Source: Takakia lepidozioides (lineage: Eukaryota > Plantae > Bryophyta). Taken from it: DNA of 64,000 nt. The notes beneath the pieces are model-generated. The model was not told the DNA's origin and ran no database searches. It saw only the letters and a list, made by a program, of their open reading frames with translations. The position numbers and the translations under genes are program-made. How positions within the stretch are numbered: the stretch's first letter is position 1; every line of letters begins with the position of its first letter. The DNA lies in contig CM060732.1 of NCBI GenBank assembly GCA_030704615.1, positions 78,430,001-78,494,000 on the forward strand, read 5' to 3'. This document shows positions 1 to 11,770 of this stretch, piece by piece.

Positions 1-1054
1 AGTCATCCAACCACTCCTGAAAAAGGCTGTTCATCAGCGTGCTAAATGTCGCTGGTGCATTGGTGAGCCCAAAAGGCATCACCAAGAACTCATATGAACC
101 ATACCTTGTCCTGCACGCGGTCTCCTCTCATCTCCTTCCACCACCCGAATTTGATGATAGCCGGAGCGCAAGTCGATCCGGCTGAAATACTTCGCTCCTG
201 CCAACCGATCGAAGAGGTCGTCGATCCTTGGCAAAGGGTACCGGTTTTTATAGTCACCTTATTCAAGCCCTGTAATCGACACACATCCGCAGCGTCCCAT
301 CCTTCTTGTCTGCGAATAGCACCGGGGCTCCGTAAGGTGACTTACTCGGCCGGATGTACCCCTTTGACATTAGATCCTTGAGCTGAGTCTTCAGCTCGAC
401 CAACTCCCTGTGGCTCAACGGTAGGGTGCCTTGGCAGGTGGTTCCGATCCCGGTATCACCTCAATCTTGTGGTCAACTCCTCTTCGCGGTGGCAAGCCGC
501 TTGGTAAATCCTCCGGCATCACATCCTGGTATTTCTCCAAAATCCCCTTGATCCAATCTGGGCTCGGCTCCCCATCGCCTTCTCCCTTCACTTCTCTAAT
601 GTAAAGCAAAAACTGGGGTTTGTGTGCCTCCTCCACCGCCCACTCCCTTGCTGACAGAAGGTTTATTCGCCCTCCCACGGATTGGGCGTTTCCGACACTC
701 GTAAGACCTCGCCACCATTCCCACATGGCAGCGTGACTACTCTCTTGCGGCCATCTATGACCGCTCCGGATTTGCTCAAAAGGTCATCCCCAAAATGAGA
801 TCTACTCCATCGATCTCGCAGATGGTAAAGTTCTCACGTCCCTCCCAACTCCCCAGTTGAAGAGGAACATCAAACGCCAACCTTGTCGCCAACTGTGGTT
901 CTCCTTTGGCAGAACGCACCTCAATAGAGGCCCCCACGTCACTTGTCGGGAGTCCCAGCTTTTGTGCCGTTGCCGGTGTCATGAAGGAGTGCGACGCTCT
1001 TGTGTCCACCAACAACGACACATTAGTTCCGGATATTATCCCATCCACGAACAA
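1..1054 (-). pseudogene. pol: Retrotransposon pol fragment: aspartic protease and RT N-terminus
   Basis: LLVDTRASHSF and DLILGMTF protease motifs. Minus-strand 1-100 reads as the RT motif [17 protein letters not shown]. Confidence 0.85.
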
Positions 1055-2198
1055 TAACTGACTCCCTTTTCATAGGCGCCAGTTTCCTGATACAATTCAC
1101 AATAAATTTGCCTACCTTGCAAGTCCTGGCGACCACCGCTTCCACCAAGCGACTGATGGTATCTTCCGACAGCTCCGTGGTCGCCCGAGTCATGTTCAAT
1201 TGCCGGGCTTCGTGCACTTCTTGGCCATGTGCCCGGGCTCCCGCAATTGAAACACACTCCATCAAAGGTCGCCTTCTGTCCGCCATAAGCCGCTCCACCC
1301 GCTTTTCCTTTCGAAGCACCGGGTGCCGCCTTGACGTGTGAAGGCCCTCCCTTCGATTTCCACGTGCCATTGTCGCCGCGTGGCCTATCCCACTTCTTTT
1401 CCGGTCGGAAGGAGTCACCTTCCCGCCGGGTCTTCTTGTGGTTCAGCTCCGTACGGCCTTGTCTCTCACCCCTAGGGACATCCGAGAAACATTCAGCCCT
1501 CTCAATTGCCTCGTTCAAAGTTTTGGGTGGCTTCTCCTCCAACTTCCGCCTGGCCCATGGGGCCAGTCCCGCCACAAAGTTGAAGACCATTTCTGGTTCT
1601 GCCATGTCCGCAACTTCGAGCAACAACACATTGAAAGCCTGGACATACCCCCGAATGTCATCTGTTTGCTTCAAATTCCTCATCTTGTCCCGGGCAAGCC
1701 AGGATGCGTTGAGGGGCACAAACTGTCTCTTCATCAATTCCTTGAACCCACTCCAGTTCAAGGTTTCCGGGCTTGGACCTCGGTCGTGAAGGCGTTTCTT
1801 CCACCATTGTTGAGCATAGCCCCTCAAATAGGTGGGAGCCACTTCCACCCGATCCTCGTCACTCAACTTGGCCGCCCGGAAGTACTGCTCTAGCTCCAGG
1901 AGCCAGGTGTTGAGTGCCTTCCAATTTTGGACGCCCTCGAAGGTGCCGGGTTCCTTAGGCTTCACCTTAAACTTTGCCTTAGTGGAAGTGGCATTAGCCG
2001 CCTTCAACACGTCTTCAACGTCCCGCCAAACTGCGCCAACAACCCTTCCCAAAAGGCTGCCGACATGGGAGGCATCTCTTGGTTTGTCGGAGCTCTCAAG
2101 GATTCCTCGGGCTCCGACTCCTCGGATTCCTCCCGCTCTTGAGCGGCCTTGTTTTCGGAAACATGCATCGTTTCCTCAAACGGCCGCCTCGGTGACAC
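1036..2198 (-). pseudogene. gag: Retrotransposon Gag with CCHC knuckle (frameshifted)
   Basis: ORFs 2004-2198 and 1036-2052; retrotrans_gag-like motifs and CFNCGSPG. Confidence 0.85.
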
Positions 2199-2313
2199 GT
2201 CGCCCCATCGGGCTCACCGGGATCATCATCTTTTGGGCCGTTCCGCTTTCGCTTCGGCTTGCCCGACCCCATGATGAGGCCAATCCCAAAGAGGATCGCG
2301 TACTGAACTCTAA

Positions 2314-2325
2314 GCTCTGATACCA
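2314..2325 (-). promoter_or_regulatory. Primer-binding site complementary to the tRNA-iMet 3' end
   Basis: Plus-strand gctctgatacca reads TGGTATCAGAGC on the minus strand. Confidence 0.92.
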
Positions 2326-2327
2326 AG

Positions 2328-2958
2328 TGTCGCGCACCTCACTTCGGTAAGCTCCCCTTCAACTCATAGTTACTCGCTTTGATGCGCGCGCCTGACTCCC
2401 AACCTGGCCGCCCGGGCCAACTTGGAGCTTCGGCTGCTCACCGGGACATAACGGTCCCCCTTTGCTTCCCACTAAACCCTCCACCTATTTGGGACTAGGA
2501 GAATTCCCTTTGGTAGATGGCAGTCCGGAACAGCTCCCCTTTTTGGTCGCTTTCCGGCTCGCTCGCTTACTAACCAGCCATGCCATTTTATGGCGAACCA
2601 CCACGAAACCCCTCGACTCCCGGTGATGAGTCGCGGTGAGTCTTGGCCCACTCACCACGGCCCCTATGGACCGTGATGAGTCCCAAGACTCCCCACGACT
2701 CCCACCACGAGGTCTCCGCCCCCATGGTGAGTCCTATGCCACCCCCACTAAGTCCCGCTAAGCTACCACCACCCCTTGTGGAGCCACCCCCACCGCAACC
2801 CGGTGTGCGGGGCTCCACCTAGTGAGCGCCTCCGCTTCCCTGAGTGCCTTGGGCACTCAAGGGTGCTTCAGCCCCCCCATACCTATCGCTGCCGCTGCAC
2901 CACAGGGGCAGCCCCTCGTGTGTTCCGACCCCTGCCCTCAAGGCAAAGGGCCGCGACA
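2328..2958 (-). repeat. 5' LTR (631 bp) of the left Gypsy element
   Basis: TG...CA termini with a 7-bp terminal inverted repeat, and the PBS lies 2 nt inside. The outer edge interrupts the MULE SWIM motif. Confidence 0.85.
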
Positions 2959-5610
2959 AGTTTCCCTTCATTGCCCATGGGCACGTGCAACAACCCCAAT
3001 CGCAATTAGGATTGTAAACAATGTATGTTGTGCCGGGGTGGTTGCTGCTGAGAACGTAGGTTGGTTCACCAGGACCCAAGGGAAGAGTAACACTCTCAGC
3101 AGAAATGTCTCGTGCCGCAAGTATAGAACTGGATATGTACTTTTCGTGTTTGTCATTTCTTATGAACCCGTGGGTCTTCAAATGGATTGCATACCAGTAG
3201 TGTGTTAGCACACGGCCAGTGAGTTCCCATATAAGCCAGTCCACTCTACGACCACTCATCTTGTCTTTCCCCATGGCAAGTCTTGCCTTCAGATTTCCAT
3301 GGTATGCCTCAATGCTTGCGTTTGTGTCTTGGCTCGCATGAGGGACATTGCGGGCTGCTATACACCACATTGCTATTTTGGGCTTCCAGTACTATTCGAT
3401 ATAGTCAAGAAATTCATGTCCTTTCGGGTATTTTGACCTCATACGACGGATTCTCCTTGCAACCCACCGAAGCGTTCTTTTCTCGTTGCGTGGTCCCCCT
3501 CTACAGTACATGAGGTCTCCCATATCCTTCAACAAGTTTACAGCGGTCACCGGATCCTTTGTTTTCTTGCATGATTGCTTCACCCATGCTTGCGGACATG
3601 CCGAAGGCAGAGGAAAATGAGTACTCCTTCAAAAACAATTTTGCACACACACATGGTACACATTAGAGTCTTGGGATCGGACTGCAATGGTGGACTGCCG
3701 GAGTGGACTGTAACAACGACCTGTATCAGCGGGCAGAGCCACTGGACTTGCCCAGTGGACAGTACAATGCCATGACGTTGATGTGCTGGAATAACCCCAT
3801 TGGACTACCCATGGGACTTCCCCATTGGACTTCCCTAGCTAGGATTGGGGCAGCGGACTGCCCCAGGGACTGCTGAGTGGACTTGGCAGGACTTGGCAGC
3901 GGACTGCCGAGCGGACTTGCCGGGACTGATGCCGGACTTGACAGCGGACTACTAGTGGATTTGCCCGGCGAACTGCCATCGGGTTTCGCCACAGGAGTCT
4001 GCCAGTGGACTGTAGCAATGGACTGCTGCAGTGGACTTCGAAAATGGACCGGTGCTGTGGACCAACAGACTTACCGAATAGCGTTGATTTCTGCTTCGGC
4101 ATCGTCCACAATGAAGGCATTGGGTCACCAGCTCGGCAAATGTGCGAGGAGTGAATCGCGCAAGGCTCTCATCCACGGAACCAGGTCTCTTGTCCGATTC
4201 CTCGCGGATAGGATATAGGCAACTGGTATACCGTTCAACCACTCGTCGAAGACCATCAACGTGTACAATGGGAACTGTTGGAATGCACAATGTAAGATGG
4301 TCAGAGCATGCAAATTCCGCTCAGTTCTGCACGAGAAGACTTCATAAGAGTGATGAGGTCTGTAGCGGTTCACAATGGGTCTGCCTCTCGGTCTTCCGCA
4401 ACGTACATAACCCTAAACATACAGAAAGGGTCAGCACACCAAATATTATGTGAATGTTGCATGGTACTATGCTATCATGCTCGTACAAGTCCATGGAATC
4501 GTTCGAATAGTACCTTGTCATGATTTGTCCCAAAGGTTGCATCACATGCAACATCGGTCATGTCCTAGTTCCAGCATTCGTCGTTTTGCCACGGAGTCTG
4601 TATGCCAATAGTGAATGTCAAATCTCCATCAAAATGCTCGAATGTTGGCTCTAATTTCTCCTCTTGATAGAAAAAAAACGGACGCATGATTCTGGTCTCT
4701 CCACATGCGCACACTCTCTGCATCATCGGCGTGCTTTTTGAAGGTTTGCCACGCACTTTCTCGGCAAGGTTGCGAACATCTTGCTCCAACAAGAAATCAT
4801 CGCGGGTCCATGCATCGCCCAAGCCGGTGTTGTTCATCATGTGCTCTTTATGCTCCATCATGATTTGGGCGACCGACAGGCCTCGGCACAAACACTCGAC
4901 GACCCAGGCTTTCAATTCCTCGCTAGTGTGTGTGTGCATAGGCGTGGCGGGTGTTCCTGAACTCTGCGGACTTCCCATGCGAGGGTTTCCCTTGCGCATC
5001 TGTATGCTCCATGTTGTTGTAGTACGTGAGGACACAGATGTCAGGGGCGAGATAGCATTGCTGGACCTTGAAACAGCATTGGGCAACCACGTTGTAAGAC
5101 TCTCCATACTCCGACTTCTTTCTCCTTGGGCCTTTATGAGGGCAAGATGTTCCAGCACCCACAAGAGGTCCTCCACGCTTCTGTTTTGGATCCTCCACTA
5201 TTGCCTGTTGGGTGCGCTTGTCATCAGGACCGTAGCAACATTGATACCTGGACAGAAAATTCTAAATCGATATCCAACAACTTGAGGAAGCATAAAATCA
5301 GAGAACTCGTGAAACAAAAAATGGCAACAGACATGCAATGAAACGTCAAAAGGACTAAGGATGGTGCACACATAATACTGGACAGAAATGTGTTGGCTCT
5401 GGGTGCTTTTCGCGAGCCGGGTTCCACTTTAGAATGGACATTCACCCAAAACTGAGTGGGGTAGTCCTCCAAACTCTCCTCTCCCAGGACGAAGTCACCA
5501 ACTCTATCCCAAGGTATGCACGCCTTTCAACATTCACTCGCACACCATAAACCCATATTGCGTCTCACTCTTCCAATGGAGATCATTCCTGTTGAAGGGT
5601 CCTGGTTTTG
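2959..5610 (-). mobile_element. Mutator/MULE transposase pseudogene (spliced, with SWIM finger), truncated by the Gypsy insertion
   Basis: Motifs FTIGIQTPWQ, FPLYTLMVFDEWLNGIPVAYI, AFIVDDAEAEINAIR, DTNASIEAYHGNLK...RRVDWLIW and SWIM CTCPWAMKGNL. Many stops and frameshifts. No TIR identified. Confidence 0.85.
3676..4065. repeat. GGACT/GTGGACT short-unit repeat array within a MULE intron
   Basis: Many ggact(g/t) units. A minus-strand donor gtaagt lies at about 4074. Confidence 0.7.
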
Positions 5611-6977
5611 CTGTTTGCAAACATTGTCGAAGAGGCCGTATAAGCGGGCTTTCCGTGATCAGTATATCATCGGGTTTTGCTTCCACGTCCATGTCCTATA
5701 CAGTACAAAGGACACGCTTCTGAACATGCAAGAAACGCGCCGCAGTACAAGACACGATCGACAACGTACCAGAAGAACAGTGCGCACGTTCGCGGCTGCT
5801 GGCAAGTGGCAGGCGGCAGGGATGCAGGTTTGAATTGCAGCCTAAAAATGGAGGGTTCGGATGGGTTATGGGAATGGACGGTGGCGATCCTGCGCCGTCA
5901 TCGGACTGGATCGCAGGGGACTGGCCAGCGACTGGCGGCAGACTGGCGGACTGGCAGACTGCTGGGCAGCGGACTCATGGGCGGGGGACTGGCCGCGCGG
6001 CGGACGGGGCGGCGGCGCGGTTGCTGCAGCCGCACCCGGCTGGGCGACGCGCGCGCGCAGGGCGGGGGGGGGGTGGGTGGGGAGTCGGGCGTCCGTGCGA
6101 AGACCCTATTATCTTAAAATGAGAGGCGTAGAAAAATGGGTAGCATAGCTGGCTCCACGGCCTCCCGCCCACTTGGAACGGGGCGATCTCCTGCAGGTGG
6201 TTGGTGGGATCTTGCTCCTATGTTGTAAATTGCCTTCATTCAATATGGCACCATGTGCCTCCCACTTGGGGCCCCTCTGGCGAATGGTGGGCCCACCAAA
6301 TCAGCTTTTGGCGTGAAGTTTGCATTTTTCAGCCCTCATTTCCCTTTGCCCTTGTCACCAAGACCCGCGCCAGGTCGAAATCTGGCAATTATTCTCCACT
6401 AAAAGAATGGGAGTCCCACCTTGAAAGGTTCGGATATGTGGATTGAAATCTCATGGCCGGTCTGCTCACCGCTCATGGAAAAACAATCCCCCATACTACC
6501 ACTGTAAATGGGCTGGTTACTCCTCAGAAGTGGCACTGACTTTCCTTGGAACTCTCCTGCAAAGGCTATAGGCCGGTTGGGGTTTGTGAAGAGCCAAGTC
6601 GGAGGAAGGTTGCACGCACACTCCCCACCGTTAAGTGTCTGTCTTTTCTGGTGGATCGGGTGAGTAGGGTAAGTTGGCCTATGACCGAGCAGGCGTCTAT
6701 GACCGAACACCCCATTAAAACTTATGTTAGTACCTATGACCATGCAGTGCTGGTCCCAAGACTCTCCATTTTTGTCACTTGGCAAACAATCATTTGATAT
6801 GGAGCAAACTACACTTACCCGACGAGTTGAATGCAAGCGTGGGAGACTTGCCGGTATGGTCGCCAAGGATGGCCGTACCGGCGGGCGCACTGTCAAATCC
6901 CCCACCCCCTTGCTCCCCTCTCACCTGCGAGCCTGTATTTGTAGATTAAAGCATTAGGAAATCTGGTTTAGTGTAAG

Positions 6978-7046
6978 AAATGGATGGTAGTGTGGTGGCT
7001 AGGTGATGTGTGTTGCAAAGACAAGGACTGTGGTTCAATTCGTGGC
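6978..7046 (+). mobile_element. tRNA-derived SINE-like head (degenerate)
   Basis: A-box-like GGTAGTGTGGTGG and B-box-like GGTTCAATTCG at tRNA spacing; no clean cloverleaf. Confidence 0.35.
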
Positions 7047-7057
7047 AATATATAGTC

Positions 7058-7211
7058 AATTGGCAATATAGTCAAGTCGACTGATAGGTTGCACATAGGA
7101 CTGGTTAATATATTTTTTCATCTCCAAAATAATCCTCAATTGGCAATATAGTCAAGTCGACTGATAGGTTGCCATAGGACTTATATATTTTTTCATCTCC
7201 AAAATAATCCT
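7058..7211. repeat. Tandem duplication of about 75-80 bp
   Basis: aattggcaatatagtcaagtcgactgataggttgc...catctccaaaataatcct occurs twice. Confidence 0.85.
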
Positions 7212-8082
7212 AAGTCCAAGATCGTCCCTACGCTCCCTTGTTCCCTCTGTCCCCTCCTTGTTCCCAGTCCCACCTGTCCCTTGTACTCGCTCCCCTGTTC
7301 TTGGTCCCCGCTCCCCTCCTCGCCTTATGGAACGCGGCTTGCTCCCCTATTCCCGGTCCTCGCTCCTCTCCTCCCCCCCCGTTCCCGAACTCGCTCCCCT
7401 ACTCACCCAGTGGAATGCGGCTCGCTCCCCTGTTCGTGGTCCCCGCTCCCCTCCCTGTCCCACTATGGGGAGCAAGGATCTTGGACCGGGAACAGGGGAG
7501 CAAAATTGGAGAATGTTGGGGAACATGGTCCTAAAGGTGGGGAGCGTGAGGAGGGAGCAGGAGGTGTGGAGCGCTCCCCATCTTCACAATGGGGGAAGAC
7601 ATTTGACAGGTAGTCTGCCGGAGCCTCCCTGAGCTCAGGCCAACGGCCCCACCCCACCTTCCCCTTGCTCAACTTTATGCAGGGATCTGCTTTCGTTAAC
7701 TGCCCTGTCTACGTCGCTCATACCACTCATCGCATACTGGGCGCTCAGCCCACACATGGATGCATCCCCGTGGGGAGGCACACGCCGTGCGAGCAGTGTT
7801 TTTCTACGGCCAAAGTTCCAACCGGTCAGGTCGTACCCCTTATAGATACTTTGCAGCTGTCCGCGGGGATTCCACAACCAACCCACCCAATTTCTGGCGA
7901 ACCACCACCACGACCCTCGACTCCTGCCCCCCGGGATATAGGGTTCAGTGCATGGGTGGGGACATTTCCGCCCACCATACCCCTCCAGATTTCTTTTAGA
8001 CAAAGACGCAAAAGTCAATTCCATGTTTCCTCTGGCCCGGGGGCCATGATTGGTTTAACATGGGTGAGCTTGACAACCAGCA

Positions 8083-8145
8083 TGTAGCCCAGTGGTAATG
8101 GGCACAACCACGTTGGATGTGGTTGTGGGTTCAAACCACGGTCTG
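8083..8145 (+). mobile_element. tRNA-derived SINE-like head
   Basis: TAGCCCAGTGG (A box) and GGTTCAAACC (B box). Confidence 0.4.
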
Positions 8146-8858
8146 GTGTGTCATGAAGGTGTCCACCTTTCAGCTGGAAGGTAGTAGCCCCTGTGGTGAA
8201 GTGAACCATAAGTTACGCTCTCTTCGGGAGGCGTCAAACTTTTTTTTGGGTGGGCTTCCTGCAATTGTCTTCCACGGATCTCATCTCTTCTTCTCTCTTT
8301 GAATGGATCTCGGTCCTCCCTCCTCATGACAAAGTTTGGTGCTATGCTTTTCAGGCCATCTTTTCAAGGAGACTCCTTGAGCCTAGACGCGATTCACCCT
8401 CCATGAATTTCAACCATTCCTGGAATATTAGAGGGATTGGAGCAGATCCCTCTACCCCTAAGCGCACTAGGATAAAAAGATGGCTGCTCTCTTTAATTTC
8501 TTCGCCTTCTATCATTTTGATCCAAGAACACACACTGAACATTAGTAAAAATACTAGTATGGGGAATCAACTCTGGCCTAAGCAGGCAGTTTGGTGGAAC
8601 CCGACTTCAGAAGGCTCTTGGGTGGGACACGGCTTGCCTCGTCAGCCTTCCTTTGCTTCCCAATCTCTCTTCTTGTGATATATGGTGCCAAGGAAGATGA
8701 CTTTTTATTCATCCCCTTAATGCTGTAGGTTCAATTGGCCCTTATCAATGTCTATGCCCCCAACTCTGGTCCGGAGCGGGCACAGATCTGGTGTCTTATT
8801 AGAGATAAGATCCTGATTGCCCTTTGGTAGACCACTGGATTTTGGCGGGTGATGTTAA

Positions 8859-9362
8859 CCCCTAAACGCCCAAGATGCCCTACAAGGGCTTTCTATCTTT
8901 CACTTTGAAAACATATTTTTGCGCGCTTGAGTTGAACTAACAAAGTAAAGATAATCAAGTCTAGTCTCTATTCCACTTTACGAGTCATCAAAATTCCAAT
9001 TATTGAATCTTTTATAGCAATTCAATGGGTCAAGAGCCAATTTGTTCTTCAGCATAGTTTTTCTATCGAATTTTTCAACTTAAGAACTTTTTTTTACTTT
9101 TAAATATACTAAAGTGTTTTTCATTGTGATTTACACCCAAGGTAAAATTTTCATAAATTTTGGATACTTATGATTTTTTGAAGATATTAAGCTTAAGAAA
9201 ATCATAATATTTCAGTTTTAATGAGACAATTCTGAAAAATTCAAGATTTATAGTAAACATATAGGTTCATCTATGAAAAATATTAAAAATAATAATTTTC
9301 TCAAATTCAAAAGCTACAGATCGAAGTTTGACTACATTGAGAATTGTCTGGTCCTTTAGGGG
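8859..9362. mobile_element. AT-rich non-autonomous TIR element, piggyBac-like ends (CCC...GGG next to TTAA)
   Basis: Left TTAA|CCCCTAAACGCCC and right GGTCCTTTAGGGG form an 11/13 inverted match. Removing the element restores the LINE frame GDVNMVE. The right-hand TTAA is absent. Confidence 0.65.
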
Positions 9363-11321
9363 TATGGTTGAGTCTCCTAATGATTGCAGACAGCTATCAC
9401 TTTCCTCTTTCTACCACCTTTTCTTGGACCAACAATTGGGCTCCGCCAGGGTTATGCATGACCAGACTCGACCATATTTATTTCTCCTCTTCTCTTGCAT
9501 CTTGGTTCTAGTATCTGCCTATGGGTCCCGTGCTGGCGGACCAGTGATCTCTCTTGGACCTAGGGCTAGAGGTCGTGGATTGAGTAGGCTTAACATCATT
9601 ATTCTCTCTGACCAGGCCAGTTTCGATGCTCTTCAAGATTGCTGGACCAATTCTTCATCTTCTTATTGCTTGCCTAGTTTGAATTTCCTCAAGAAGCTTG
9701 AGGGCTGCCGTAAGCTTGGTTTAAATCTAGCCAGGGGGGCAGCTTTGAACAATTCCAGATATGAGAGGGCTTTAATTAAATGTCTGGAAGTTTGCAAGAA
9801 ACATATGGAAAAAAATCAGCTCGGTCCTCAAACTTTGATTTCCCTGTTGGAGGCTAAATCTAGGCTGTCTGCTTAACATCTTTCTAAAGACCGCTTCATG
9901 AGGACGAAAGCGGGGATTAATTGGTCTTTAAAGGGTGAAAAAATGAACCGGTTTTCCTTAAAGCTCAACAAAGAACCTCTGGGCAGCAGATTAGTAGTTT
10001 AAGAGATTCTGCGGATATCCTCCATTCCCATCCTAAGATGCTTTCTTCCATTGCCAAAGATTACTTGTATAATCTTTTCTCCTCTGAGCCTGATTCTCTT
10101 GCCTCTTTATCTGCCCAGGAGGAGGTCTGTAGTAAGATTCCTCGTATCCTTACTCCAATGCAGGCTGAATCCCTCAATGTGGAGTTCACAAATATTGAGT
10201 TGCAAGACGCTTTGTCTAGCCTTAAACCCCTTAGGTCCCCAGGGGTGGATGGGATTCCAGTGGAATCCTACAATGCCCTTTGGATGACTCTTTCGGGAGA
10301 TTTCCTCTCTTGAATGGCCAACGACATCCTTTCTAAAAGGTTGATGCCTTCTCAGATGTCCATGGGTGTAATAGCTCTTATCTTCAAAAAGGGGGATAAG
10401 GATAACATTGCCAATTACCGCCCTATTACTCTTCTAAACACGGCATATAAAATAATCACCAAGGCCTTGGCTATTCAGCTTCAATCTTTGTTACCACTTA
10501 TGATCAGGCCGGCGCAGACGGGGTTTGTGAAGAATCGCTTGACTTTGGACAACATCCTATTGGCTAATGAGGCGTTATAATTTGCTTCGGACTAATCAGC
10601 CTCTGGCCCTGTTGATGTTAGATTTTGAAAAAGCCTTCGACGGGATTAGTTGGGGGTTTCTCCTCGCGGCTCTGGTCAAGTCTGGCATCCATGGCTCCTC
10701 TCTAAGATTCTCTTTTTTTTGGGCTCTAGTAGAGTTCTCACTAATGGTTGGCTTTCTTCTGCCTTCCCCCTGTAGCGCTCTGTGAGATAGGGATGTCCCC
10801 TCTCCCCTTTCTTGTTCCTAATTGTTGCTAATTGCCTCGGTTACCTTTTGGATTCTCAGGCAGATTTGACTGGTCTTCTATTTCTTGTTCCTGGTTCCTC
10901 TCTTCATAACCTTAAGGTCTCCATGTATGCCGATGACTCGGTGCTTTATTTTAGGAAGATTGATAAGAGGAACATTGAATTAGGGATTAGTTCCCTTAAT
11001 CTATTTTGTTTGGCTTCGGGCTTTAAAATTAACTGGGGTAAGTCGGTGGGTCTTCTCTCATTGGGTTCAGGTTAGTCTGTTCATCTCTCCCCCTGGGGTT
11101 TGGATCTTGGTCTATGTTGGCTGGCTGGCGGTGACTCCCAAACCTTGCTTGGCCACCTTATCGGCCACTTTATTTCTCTAGAGTTATGTTTTGATAAAAT
11201 CATCAGAGCCATTAGGAATCGGCTTTGTTTTTGGAGTTCAGCTCAGCTTTCCTTGGACAGTAGGGCATTAGTGCTCTGTGGTTCACAGCGTCTGTGTGGG
11301 ACCCCGATGCTGTTCTGCTAA

Positions 11322-11770
11322 GGGCGTAGACACACGGGCGGCAATCGAGATGAATTGGAGACGACCATTGGCCGAGGGGAAACCGCACACTAACACACGG
11401 GAGGAAGCACGTTCTACCAGAAGCTGATGTGTCTACTGACGTGGACGGTTTTGGAAACCGCAACACTTCCAGGCACTTCCGGTTGGAAGTGCCGCACACC
11501 TCTGAAAAGTTTTGTCGTGAAGTGAAATGCAGGGCCCACCGTCTTCCCGAACTTCTTTCACGCAGCTCTTCACTACAGAGATCTACATCGTCGATGGTTT
11601 CCACAAAATCAGGAAAATCCACAGTTGATCACCAACGGAACGTCTATCTACTTCCACTCGTGTGTTTGTTGCAACATCCACCTTGCCTATGTGTCACTTT
11701 TCATTGGAAAAGTAGGTGGAAGAAGGGGTGTCAGACGCTCTCTTCCACTGCCGCTCGTGAGAAAAGGGCC
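11322..11770. mobile_element. PIF/Harbinger-type MITE inside the LINE
   Basis: TAA duplication at 11319-21 and 11771-73. Imperfect TIR: CACGGGCGGCA versus TGCCGCTCGTG. Confidence 0.7.

Larger units (their letters stand above)
1..2958 (-). mobile_element. Ty3/Gypsy LTR retrotransposon, 5' part (5' LTR, PBS, gag, protease, start of RT); continues beyond the window start
   Basis: LTR 2328-2958 is bounded by the inverted repeat TGTCGCG...CGCGACA. The tRNA-iMet PBS TGGTATCAGAGC is at 2325-2314. Gag ORF 1036-2052 has WLLELEQYF...YLRGYAQQWW and a CFNCG knuckle. Protease LLVDTRASHSF is in 776-1054. The RT N-terminus [26 protein letters not shown] is in 415-726. Frameshifts are present. Confidence 0.93.

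Noticed and set aside
7214-7500. MITE bounded by GTCCAAGATC/GATCTTGGAC
   Set aside because: A 10-bp inverted repeat is present but there is no clear TSD and similar sequence continues past it; boundaries are unsupported.
6399-8087. ORFs 6399-6905 and 7665-8087 as genes or LINE ORF1
   Set aside because: No recognisable motifs.
6978-8145. Functional tRNA genes at 6978 and 8083 (likewise 13478, 43874, 62787)
   Set aside because: A and B boxes are present but no convincing acceptor or anticodon stems; treated as SINE-like.
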